This document shows, one piece after another, positions 52,615 through 64,000 of a DNA stretch of 64,000 nt (position 1 is its first letter; each line of letters opens with the position of its first letter). The position numbers and the translations under genes were made by a program. The DNA is from Bugula neritina. Lineage: Eukaryota; Animalia; Bryozoa. The stretch is taken from contig OZ037765.1 in assembly GCA_964035545.1 (NCBI GenBank), forward strand, positions 32,859,504 to 32,923,503, written 5' to 3'. The notes beneath the pieces are model-generated. The model did no database searches. It saw only the letters and a program-made list of their open reading frames with translations, and had not been told where the DNA came from.

Positions 52615-53205
52615 GGCTAACATTCCACCAATAGAAGAATGGTGCAAGTAGAAGAAATTTCAGGTGCAGAAAGCTAAGGAGCAGTCAGAATGCTGCCAGA
52701 GTTGTGAAGAGGCACTTGAAAAAGCTGAATTTCAATAATGACATGAAATTCGTAACAGATCACCCTGGTGTAATTGAACTGACATGGCCAGCAGAGTTCT
52801 CGAAGTCACATACAACAGCTATTTACATCATCATGGTTAGCTTAAATTTAATTCCTATATCAGTCTCTAATATATAGTTTGATATCTGCTGTAAATTCGC
52901 TTAAGGAGCATACACATAACCAAAACTGAGTTACACTATAGTATTTGTTCTTGAATATATTTACCAAGATAAGTAGATTTGCTAATTCATTAACAGTAAA
53001 ATTATAATGATACAACAATTTTTCTTTTAGATGATTCAATCAATAACACAAGACACTACAACATGGTTTTGCAGTTATAGAGTATTAATTTTCTGGCTCT
53101 TTCCAAATCTTCATAGAAGGCAAAGAAAACCACCGTCAGCTTGCCTTTATAACTGAGTGCACGCGTCTTCCACCTACAGATGATGGTTAACAATTTGCTG
53201 GTGTG
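52615..53205 (+). pseudogene. Degenerate two-exon P2X7 C-terminal-domain-like (KolX-like, Kolobok accessory) gene
   Basis: Across stops and frameshifts: EEWCK*KK..EQSECCQS, VTDHPGV, VLEVTYNSY, SYRVLIFWLFPNL.RRQRKPPSAC; GT-AG intron ~52836-53030. Confidence 0.55.
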
Positions 53206-56200
53206 GAACTTTCTAATTTTGTTTACAATGAAGATAGATTATAGGACATTATTCTTTATGTAAAGATTGTCAAGTTTTGTTATAATTAAGAACAGTTTTA
53301 GTTTCAATAAATCAGTTCAACATTATGGACATCATTGCACAAACATTTTAATCTTTACTATCTACAAAGGTATCTGATGGACTACTTAAAAATACAAAAC
53401 TATGCTCCAGATACACAATGCACTGACCAGCAAAGTTAAAATGAGTTGGAGATGTAAAACATAATATCTTGTTCAAGGCTTTTCCCTGCTGTTGGAACCT
53501 TCTACTTCAGAACACTGAATTGAACAAACATATGTAGATATATGAAACTTTGCAAAAAATAATAATGTGAAATTAGTTGCTAAGTATCACATTGCTAATA
53601 AATACAGCATTGTGTAATGTTTTATTTAATTTTTTTTTGAGCCATTGGATCTATAGGCCCGCATAGTATTTACTATATTATAACTAATAAATTGCAGACA
53701 CATTATGTCAGACCAGTTTCCATTTAAATAGAATAGTGTAGGCTATCAAATTTGTAGAAGTAAAAAACCGCATTCATATTTAGTAAAATACTTGCCTTTT
53801 TTTTCATGATGCCTCTACTGCTAAAAAGAGAAGTTTTTATCAATACAGCTCCATCAATCTGTATCCTGATGAAGCTAGTAGTTTAGGAACATTTGTGGGG
53901 GGGGGGGGAGTGTAGGCTGAGCTGCAGTATAGGAAAAACCCCAACATATGTAATCTATTCAGCACATTATATGTATATTTATTCAAAAAAGGATTTAGAA
54001 AATGCTTTATGAAGAGATGAACAAAGTAAAAATTAATGCTGGTGAAAGTAATATTATTACACCCATTAGAATTACTAGCAGCTATAGCATTAACATTATG
54101 TATTTTCATAAAAATGTGTCTAATTTATGCTACAAAGTTATTACTGCCAAAGGTTACAAAATTTACCAGTCACATTCATGCAGCTGGCGGAGAATAACTA
54201 ACTTTCACTTGCAATAAATATTATATAATATATTGATAATTATTGGAATCATAATTATATTTATTGTTATGATCATTATGATTATAATTATTTAATATTA
54301 TCTTTATGTTTGTATTTAAAGTTGTTCCTTAAATTAAAAGTTGTTTAAGTTTTATAAATTTATTATAATTATATTTCTGTATAAGTATTAGTATAATTAA
54401 ATTATTATAATTTATATTTTATTATTTATATTTATTTCACTTTTTATTTCAAGACCAGCAGTTCAAATTGAAATTAATACTTGTGTCGTTTGCTTTATAT
54501 TATAACTTACAAGTATAACTATTAACATAATAATATTACATTTGCTATTAGTATTACTATGAATATAAATATTTATATTAATATAGCTATCGGTATAACT
54601 TATAGTTATAGTTATACTTATAGTTATAACTAATATAACTATAAGTATAAGTATTAGTTTCGAAACTGATCCTGCTCCGTAACATTAACATACTGATACT
54701 GTCATATGATTATCATTATGACTAATAATAGTATTAATAAATATAACCATTGAATATTATTAATAATAGTTCACCAATAGGCGATAGTCATAGACTTAGA
54801 GTGAGAGTCAATGTCATAGAAATAGAGTTAGACTAGTGACACTCATACTGATACTGATACTCATACTGTGATTCACTTTCAGTTACAAATTTCAAAACTT
54901 GGTTTTACGTAGACAACTACTAACCTATAATTCATCACAAAACGGTTGAAAATCATCATTTACTGCATATTTAAGAGTAATTTTCTGGTAGTGTGGTCGA
55001 CATGATAATTGAAATTAAAATAGGGAAAATAATTATTTTGTGATTTACAGCAAGTTACAAACTAGCGAAATGAAATAGTCCATTTGAAAACAGTTAAATT
55101 AGTTACCTTTCTTGATGTTGCGTAGCTAACGTTAGTTATTAGTAGCCGCCCGAAGAGTAACATTCATGTGATTTGAGCTACGAATAACGAGAATCTGCGA
55201 CAAACCCGCTTCTTAATAACTTTACGCGATATAAACTCACGCTACAATTGGGCTATTTTGCCATCCCCACGTCACGGAGGGCACGCTCGCGGGCAAGTCT
55301 GGGCAAGTCTAAGACACCTAATATGACCACTTTTACTTACATTTTTGTAGTGTTTTCGTATAAGAAATTGGGTAAAATGCTGATAAAACAGTTGAAAAGC
55401 ATGCAAACTTTTGCTCAAATGTAATAAATAACCTGGAAGCTTACCGCCTTTAACAGTAAGATTGGCTGTAGAGTAGAATGTTTAGCTGTTTGTACTAAAG
55501 CTAACAAGTAACTGCATGGCATTAAAAAGAGTTGTAGATAAAAAGTGACAGAATAACAACTGGCTTGTATATTGGTAGTGCAAAAAGCTGTATATAACAG
55601 TTTAAACAAATACCCATTAGAATAAGTGGTAACCCAGTACATAAAATGTGGTATGTCATAATACATCTTTGTGGTGTATTGACTAGGCTAGATCAACACA
55701 TAGCACTATGTAATTGCTTTAGTATTTACAATTAGTTTGTGGTCTGGTGGGACTTGTTGATAGCCATTGTCTTTATTAACATAACAGTTTCATAAAATTA
55801 GCAGTTTTCCTTATTCACCTAGTTAATTTTTAAGATTTATGTACAATATTTACATATTTGGATATAAAAAATATCTTCAACCAGTGAATATCAAAATAAT
55901 GATTAAAGACATATTTTATGTCATATTTTTGTGGCAATCTAAATAATAAGCTGGTCTAAATTGTACTTGTGCAAACAGAACCAGCTCATGAATATATGTT
56001 GTCTTTTTTTAACTTGACAGTTAATCTAATATGGATGTGTATTTTATACTTGCTTTTGTGTTTAAGGTGATAAAATTGCACTGGTAAGGTAAATAAACAT
56101 TGCTTGTTTGGCATGCTTTTGCGTGGCATTGCATATTATGCTAAACTAATGGCCAGTTTTGCAGTAGCTTCACCATAACCTTCAAAAGAATGCAAATATC

Positions 56201-58369
56201 ATCTAATTATTGTAAGCTTTTTAAATTAATTTGTCTAGCTATAAACACATGTAAAACTATTAGGCTATTCCAGTTTCACGATATACATAGCTCTATAATT
56301 CTGAAAAACTGCTAGGTAGAGTGGAAATTAAACATGATCTATTCATTGCTAAAGTATTACAGCTATGAATAATATATATGTGATTACCTGAGTGATATCA
56401 CAATCTCCACTTGCTAAGTTAGTTTAAATACAGGAAAAAAAATTAATCTGGCGAAAGATTATATATGAGAAGCTGTTTTTGTAATAATTTCCTGCTCTAG
56501 GGTGATTCAAAAGAATTGTTTTAAAGCAAAACTTTTGCATACATGAGTTGAATAAAATCATTGAAAGTTTTATGAAGGTCTATTTGTGTATAGGTAGCCC
56601 TATGTCACAACTCAAGTTTTTAGATTTTATGCAATTTGTGGTGCAAAGTTGCAAATAAAAACCTTATTTTAATAATACTTAGACATATGCAAGCAATAAA
56701 GATAATGAAAAAAATGCTATAGTTGCTAATTAGCTAATATTACTTGCATATGATGCAAATATTTGTATGCATGCATGTTTAGTTTGTTAGCATTGGTTAG
56801 ATATAATTGAATATATAGATTTGATGTGGAGATTGAAGAAAATCAATATGTTGTGTTCTATATACAACAACAGTTTTTACATTGGTTTGTTAATTACTTC
56901 ATAAATCATTTATTACTTCATGCAATATTTGTTCCTGCAACTTTGCAGAGTGGCAAAATGCATTTCAAAGACATATATTAAGTGATTCTAATTATACTAG
57001 AATTTTCAAACTAAGAATTTTTGTGGAGTTTTCTTCTTCCTAAGACATATGTGGCAATTGAACACATAATAAGTTGTGGGCTACAACTCCTTTATACAAC
57101 CTTGCAAGAAATTATGCAGCTATCTAAATAGAAAAGGAATTATTGAATTTATTTATTCAACATTATTAGTATTTTATAAATATTTGTTGCATTTAATTAA
57201 TGAGCATAAAATTTGTTTTACAAATACTGTAATTAACAGCATGGTAAAAATATATTATATATACTGGTATATATTTTGTATTGTATTAGATTTAGGCTAC
57301 ATTGCAAGACATTTATAATTAAAATGAGTTAATGGCTAAGTTTAAATATCCTCGACTTATAGATTAAATTTTTATGTGCTATAAAAATTTAACTCGTTTG
57401 TTACGACATTTCTCCCTGCATAAAAGCAAAACTTACTGCAAGAAATCCTTAGCTAGAAAGATAAATAATAATTTACTTCAATTACATCAAAAGCTAATAT
57501 CAGCCAGCATTCTATAAATAATGGTAAATTACCTAGTGTAATTTTTCTTAAACTAGCTAAGCTTGCTTGGTACTTTAATAAGTTTATTGGCATAGTGTAT
57601 TATTTTATACTTATATATTTTTAAGACTTTAAGGAAAATGATGTTTTAGCTGCGTTATTCCTAATGCAAGCCTTATAAATTTACAATATATACTAAAATA
57701 TTATATTTGTAATTAGAAAGAAAACAAATTACTTTCATAAACTTATAATTATTGCATTCTGTTATTTTTAATGCTAGAATAACAAATTGAACACGGCATA
57801 TGCTTCCCTAACCAGATGCTTTTAAACGGATTAAAAATAATTTGTCAATTTCTAATTATGAGGAACAAACTCCTCGATAGTTTCTACATTTGCGCATGAT
57901 TTTATCAAGATAGGCTTGCTTTTGTGTCAACCTGTAGCCAGTGCAACTATACTTTATGTAACGAGTAAAACAGACTCATTTCAAAGTACACAGTCTAAAG
58001 GGTAGGAATTACTACAAAGAAAAGTGCCGGTTAAAAGTTAATTATAATTGGAAATAAGGTGAAATATCAGTCAGAAATTAAAAAGTGTCAACTAAAAAGG
58101 TGTATTGTTATTTCTTTTTGGCTTAATGAAAATGTTTTTTGTGGAAGAAGTACGAGAAACGTCTAGGAGGGGTTCATATCCACCACTGGCGACTACCTGT
58201 TTATTGATGAAGAACCATCCAATGATAGTACAGTATTATGGTCTTTTGCCTTATAATTGGCTTTGATTTTTTTATGTCTAATTACAAGATACTAAACAGA
58301 TGCAAAGTATGTTGTGCATAGGCAGTTTTTTTATGTCTCTAAACAACATTCTAGGAAAATATATACTGC

Positions 58370-58530
58370 GGTCATCCTAGACCTGTGACAGTGTGGCACC
58401 TACATTGTGGTCGCTGGCATCAGTGTCCAGGAGATACTCCATGGCATGGTCGAGATACGCCAAAACAGGTGCGCTTATCAAGCAACTTTTGAGGTGGTCA
58501 AATGCTTGCTGTTTAGCCTCGGTTCATTAC
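58370..58530 (-). mobile_element. Short Gypsy pol fragment (RT-RNase H connection)
   Basis: Minus strand reads QAFDHLKSCLISAPVLAYLD...YLLDTDASDHNVGATLSQV. Confidence 0.8.
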
Positions 58531-59199
58531 CATTTGCGGAGGTGCCCTCAACTACCACATCCTGAGCAGATGGTAGTCCGTTCCAAAGGCGGTTCCAATC
58601 CTGACCTCTGGAGTAGTTTAGCGGGCCCTACCATCTGAGACTGTCACCACTTAAGAGATAGTAGGGGAACTGGCATTGGCGGTAGCTACGTGAGCAGCCA
58701 GGGGATGTTGTGGGATAGGGGATGTTTGGCTTATATAGGAGAAATTGGGGGCTATACTTTCCACAGCGACTGCAATAACAAATCAAAGTAAATAAATAAA
58801 TATCTATGCTATATAATATTCTTTGTTCTATCCATTTGGAGATGTTTATTTTTAAGCTTTTCAATTGGCAATATGAACATTTCTCAAATGTGTGATTTTT
58901 AGATGAAATTTTTAAGCAGTCACCCTATCCAATAAATGATGTCTTTCAACGGTGTTTAGGAAGTTTTGTCTAAGAGCTTCTGTTTTGATATAACTCATTA
59001 TAATAAGTCAAAGATTTGCTAAAGAAGTAAGCATCTAGATGGAAACATGCTCAAACTGCAATAATAAGTATACATTTTTATGGTTATGGTGACATAATCT
59101 CAATAGAAAAAAATTCTCTCTCAAAACAACTCAGATGTGCTCAGTTTAATGCTATACTGGTTATCAGTTTTACCTGAGTGATTATTTTCTGTATTAAAG

Positions 59200-62100
59200 A
59201 GAGCAGCATAGTCTGTGGGCAACAGCTAACCAGTTGTTAGAAGGTGTAGAAGTTTCAGGTTCTCCTGTTGACTTATCTCTGAATGAAGCATTGATTGACT
59301 TTGAAGAGCAAAAGGTAATTTTTTGTCAAAACATCTCAAAGATTTATCGAGTGAATGAATGCTTTAAACTTTAAAAAGCCATGATTTGTTGATGTGAATT
59401 GAGTATTTAAGGTTTGATATCAAAAAAATATCTAGTAGGTATAATGCAAACACTTGTGCTTTTGTTAGCAAGTAGAAAAGATATTCATGTGCGAATTGTT
59501 AATTTGTAATTTTAGACTGAAACACAGATTGCTGAAACTAAGGAAAAAGGTAATTTTACTAATATAATACAAAAGCTGTAATATATTCTCAAAAACTTAA
59601 TGGTTAAAGCCCCTGATTGCAATGCAAGCATAAATAGTTAAGTAATGCATGCACTTGCAAATAACCAAATAATATGTATAAATGATAATTGTATCTCTTA
59701 CAATTGTATATTGTATACAAATGTTTCTTCATCAGCTTCTTAATAGACAATATTACTAGAGCAAGGTATCTTCTGATGTCATACAACTACAGTTTGGATG
59801 CCTTCGAAGACACTGCCAGCTCACTAAGCTACACAGCAACTGCAATCAAATCAAAGTATATGTAACTTATAAAACTAAAAGTCCCAAAAAAGGACCTGCA
59901 TTGTGCTTTTCCTTTCGTCAGTTTTATTTAGTGTGTAATGTCACGTATCATGCTTTATTTGAGTATGATGACTCAGAAACAATCAACAGTTGATATTTCC
60001 TGTATGATAGTCTTTTTGGTCTTGGGTTTCTAAAATCTCAGACCAAGTCATTACAGGCAGGCTACTTGTTTGTAAGCGTTATTTTATTGACGATGCAGCG
60101 TTAGTTTCATTTAGTGAGTCAGCCTATCTTACAGTGACCAGTAAATTGCTTCGATAGTTCTGCAGTTAGTTAAGTGAGTCTGAGAATAAACTGAAGTTCT
60201 CTGTTAGCCAGTTTCGCAATAACTTTGTGATTAATTCCAATACATTCCTATTGAAGACACAGCAATAAATGCATCTTTGATCAGTGCTTCTAAATTTTTG
60301 TTGCATAATTTCTTCTGATGTGAACTTTCAAAAGAGATAGATTATAGACTTTTAGCTGCAAACATAGCAACTGTTATATTTCACAAAAAAATTTAGAAAA
60401 AACTTAGGGAGGGGGTGCTAAAATAAGCCCTTACAGAGCTGTAGATGCATACCTTAAGCTATATATAAGTTTGAATTTTTTTATCTGCCAAAATGGGGTG
60501 GCAATTAAAATGTGAAAACAGGATAGCATTGAAGCTCTGTTGATAAAATACCAACTACAGTGCTGGGTGGGTCATATCTTTAGGTTGGATTGGAACAAAA
60601 TGGCGCTGCTTGGTAAATTGTGTGACGCCTAACCAAGATTTGTTTACAGACCAACTTAAATGTTCTCTTTTGATTTAATTAGGTGTAACCTCGTATGTCT
60701 ATTTTCTCTCCTAGATCCCTTTGGCTACGAAGTGTTGCTAATTACAAATATTAGATAAAATATTACATAATTTTAAAGACAGTTATATAGATTAAAATAA
60801 TCATCACTGCGCAATTAAAAATATTCACTATAGCTGCCTGTTTAAAGCGCTGGTCATGTGTACAGAGTTGCATGACTATTATGAGTTTATCAAAGACTGG
60901 TAGGATATACTTTGTAATAATTACTTCAAATACCTATTCCAGCAGGCCATAAATTCTTTCAATGAATTTTAAAAATAATTGATAACTACTACTGCAACTA
61001 AATGGGTTTGACAAGTATTTAGATGTTGGTTATACATGGAGTAGAAGACATTGCGTTTCATCAACTATAATTATTTAACCTGCATTAACTGGCTGCAAGA
61101 AAGTTGTGCTGAAAAGAAATGATATATCCACAAATTTAGCTGCAGTATTTGTACATGCATGTCAATAATATTGTGTCTCTGTTGTTACAGAAATGATCAG
61201 AATCTGGTTCAGACATTCTGGACAGGATCCTGTAGACTTGGAAGATGTACGCCAAGCTACAACCAAATCATACACCTTGAGTAAAGTGAAGACTCAAGTT
61301 GGGAGTTATCAACTCACTCACCTCACGTTAGAGGAGATAATTCCTAAGAATATAGGAGAGATTGCTTCTCATGCTGTCTGTTTGGTACTCCGTAAGATAA
61401 CTGACAAGCAGAGTCTGAATAAGTGAGTATTTATAGTTGAGTATAACTGAGTCAGACAACTCACACATATTGTATGATTTCAATATGAATATGTTGATGA
61501 CTTTTAGAAAGTTGTACATGGTACGCTATATTAGGAGTTGAATACACAGCAGCGATGTGATGTATATTATTATGTTAATTTATATTCTTCTCCGATTGTA
61601 TGTTCTTATATTGTATCTTTATCTTACAGTCTCAGTCAGCTGACTCAGTTAGAGATACTAGACATAAAAGACAATACTCTCAACACAGTACCAGATGTTG
61701 TGTCATCACTCACATCACTTAAACAGTTAAATATGAGTGGATGTGGCATATCCAGTCTACCCGAGAGGTTTGTGTGTCACATGTTTATTACTACTTCACA
61801 ACATCATTATTACTACTCTGTAACCTATATTTATACACAACCTATATAGTATATAAAATAATATCCAGACTATAGGGTGTGGCTATAATCTCTGTACTCA
61901 GCTTGAGTTCCCTGTTTTATACAATTAAACAGTAAGGGTAGAGTATAATTATTTGGAGAGCCCTCCTCTCAAATGACCATGAATAAAACCTTTAGGACTC
62001 GTGAAAATTTCATAAGTAATTTGAGTATTTTTAATGTTGTGACATGCACAAAAAGCCAATGTGTTTTTAAGTGTCATATTAGGTGCTAAAGCCAGCTTTA

Positions 62101-63295
62101 CCCAGGATATATCTTTGACAAATAATCAATATAGTATTTACAAAATACAAGTCGTGATAACATGTATATCTCTGTGCTGTATAAAATACATATGTTATGT
62201 GTAATTTTATTCTCTTGTCATAGCATAAATTTATATTACAGTCTCTGTCAGCTGACTCAGTTAAAGATACTAGACATAGGAGGGAATCCTCTCAACACAG
62301 TACCAGATGTTGTGTCATCACTCACATCACTTAAACAGTTGAATATGAGTCACTGTAGAATATCCAGTCTACCTGAGAGGTTTGTGCTTCACACGCCTGT
62401 TACTACTTCACAACCTCATTATTACCTTGATCCCTTTAAAGTATATCTGTACACAATTTATATTATGCAAAATAATATAAAGGATATAAATGTGTAGGTG
62501 AATTTTGTACCCAGCTTAAAGTTTTGGTAAAACACAATGAGATGGGAAGGGTGGAGTGCATTATGATTTGAAAACCACCCTCTCTCATGAAAAGGTGGAT
62601 TATAATTTTGTTCTACTTCTATATTAAAATATCCCAGCTATAACGTAAAATTATATTGCTACTTAGCATTTTGCTAAAGTTTTCATGTGGAAAGAATACT
62701 AGATATAGGTTGTTACTAAAGAAAACAGTGGTCTAGGGGCTTGAACCCGACAAAGGCCATTAGTGATGTTAGGAAGACTACCCAGTACCCAGTCACAATT
62801 GCTCCTGTGCCCCATCTGAATAAGTCCTTAGCCCAGTTTAACGAAAAATCATTTCATCGGGGATTTTCTCACAGGGATGGTGATTATAAATTTTCGTCAG
62901 TTTTATTTTTAAATAAAGCGAACAAACCACTTGTTATATAAAGTACTAATACCTATTAGTGACATAATTTGTTACTGATCACTTATACATCAAATCTCAT
63001 TTATCTTATTAGATGAAACAATTTAAGGTAAAATATTGTGAAGATTGCAAAAAAAATATTTTGTTTTGTCGAGAGAACTTTTCGAAGCTATAAACTGCTG
63101 CATGATATTTCATTATCTTTCTGTTGTAAATTTTTATATTATATTCTTATATTACAGTTTCTCCCAGCTGACTCAGTTAGAGACACTAGACATGGTAGGG
63201 AATCCTCTCAACACAGTACCAGATGTTGTGTCATCACTCACATCACTTAAACAGTTGAATATGAGTAACTTTGGTATATTGAGTGTACTTGAGAG
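59200..63295 (+). CDS. Gene 2 (paralog of gene 1), 3'-partial: exons 59200-59314, 59516-59549, 61191-61422, then LRR cassettes 61630-61767, 62242-62379, 63158-63295
   Basis: GT-AG junctions with compatible phases (0,1,2,2,2); three 138-bp LRR exons nearly identical to those of gene 1; ROC/COR/caspase part presumably beyond the window. Confidence 0.75.
61630..61767 (+). CDS. LRR cassette exon (138 bp), gene 2
   Basis: LSQLTQLEILDIKDNTLNTVPDVVSSLTSLKQLNMSGCGISSLPE, phase 2/2. Confidence 0.9.
62242..62379 (+). CDS. LRR cassette exon (138 bp), gene 2
   Basis: LCQLTQLKILDIGGNPLNTVPDVVSSLTSLKQLNMSHCRISSLPE, phase 2/2. Confidence 0.9.
63158..63295 (+). CDS. LRR cassette exon (138 bp), gene 2
   Basis: FSQLTQLETLDMVGNPLNTVPDVVSSLTSLKQLNMSNFGILSVLE, phase 2/2. 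Confidence 0.88.
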
Positions 63296-63399
63296 GTTTG
63301 TGTGTCACATGTTCATTACTACTTCACAACATCATTATTACTACTCTCTAACTTATATTTATACACAACTTATAGTGGGGCCATTTTACTTAATTTAGT

Positions 63400-63755
63400 A
63401 GACACTCAAAATCTCCAGTTTTTAGCTACTTTTCACAATTTGGCTGCTAATTTATATAGGTTTTTACCCAAAACTAACAAAATGTTAACAAAGACAACTA
63501 AATATTTCAGGTTCTTTTTAGTTTTGCTTAGTTTTCCATGTTTTTCCCCAATTGTTTAAGTAATTTGGAGCTTCGAACCATTACAAAAATTCTGTGACAG
63601 TCCGCAAATCTAAGTTAACTGATTAAATGGGGAAAAACATAGGAAATCAAGCAAACTTAAGAAGAACCTGGATTATTTAGTTGTATTTGTTAATATTTTG
63701 TTAGTTTTAGGCAAAAACCTATAATAAAAATTAGCAGCCAAATTGTGAAAAATAG
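63400..63755. mobile_element. Foldback MITE with ~130-bp inverted arms in an LRR intron
   Basis: ttttcacaatttggctgctaattt...tttttcccca (63430-63549) is the inverted complement of tggggaaaaa...aaattagcagccaaattgtgaaaa (63628-63752). Confidence 0.8.
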
Positions 63756-64000
63756 TGTTGTAGTTTAGCGGATTACTACAAGTGTGGTGTTATTGTGTGC
63801 TTAGACTGCTAGAGCATAGCCCTGCTACGAGATTTACTTGAGAATCGAGCAGTGGTTGAGATTAGTTGACAATTATATTTATGATACTAATTACAAACCA
63901 AGTCACATCCAGTCAAAAAGACATACAAAAGAAAAAATATATATAGTAGTACAAGTAAGGAGCTTCGCACGGTATATCTGCATGGAACGAATGAATGCCC
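63756..64000. mobile_element. Possible start of another LTR interrupting the foldback element
   Basis: Abrupt switch at tgttgtag where the MITE right arm stops early; no partner LTR visible. Confidence 0.3.

Overview
AT-rich, intron-rich eukaryotic (animal-like, probably invertebrate) genomic DNA; the species cannot be assigned from sequence alone. The main result is a spliced + strand gene (1668-10364, 5' end outside the window) whose 12 visible exons join in frame into a 1225-aa LRR-ROC-COR (Roco GTPase, MFHAS1-like) protein fused to a complete C-terminal caspase (p20+p10, His/Cys dyad retained, atypical VACRS motif). Its LRR region is built from duplicated, symmetric 138-bp phase-2/2 exon cassettes that vary mainly at predicted ligand-facing residues. 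A second gene with near-identical LRR cassettes runs off the right end. It appears to start at 21081, has an unrecognised ~420-aa N-terminal region, and spans a ~35.6-kb TE-filled intron. Together these look like a tandem family of modular sensor-switch-protease (immune receptor-like) genes. Also present: a divergent Ras/DiRas-like gene fragment (- strand), a young intact Gypsy LTR retrotransposon with a probably spliced zinc-finger third ORF, several decayed Gypsy copies, Harbinger-type, Kolobok-type and foldback MITEs, a P2X7-tail/KolX-like relic, and micro/minisatellites. All gene models were built by hand from splice signals and frame compatibility and need RNA confirmation.
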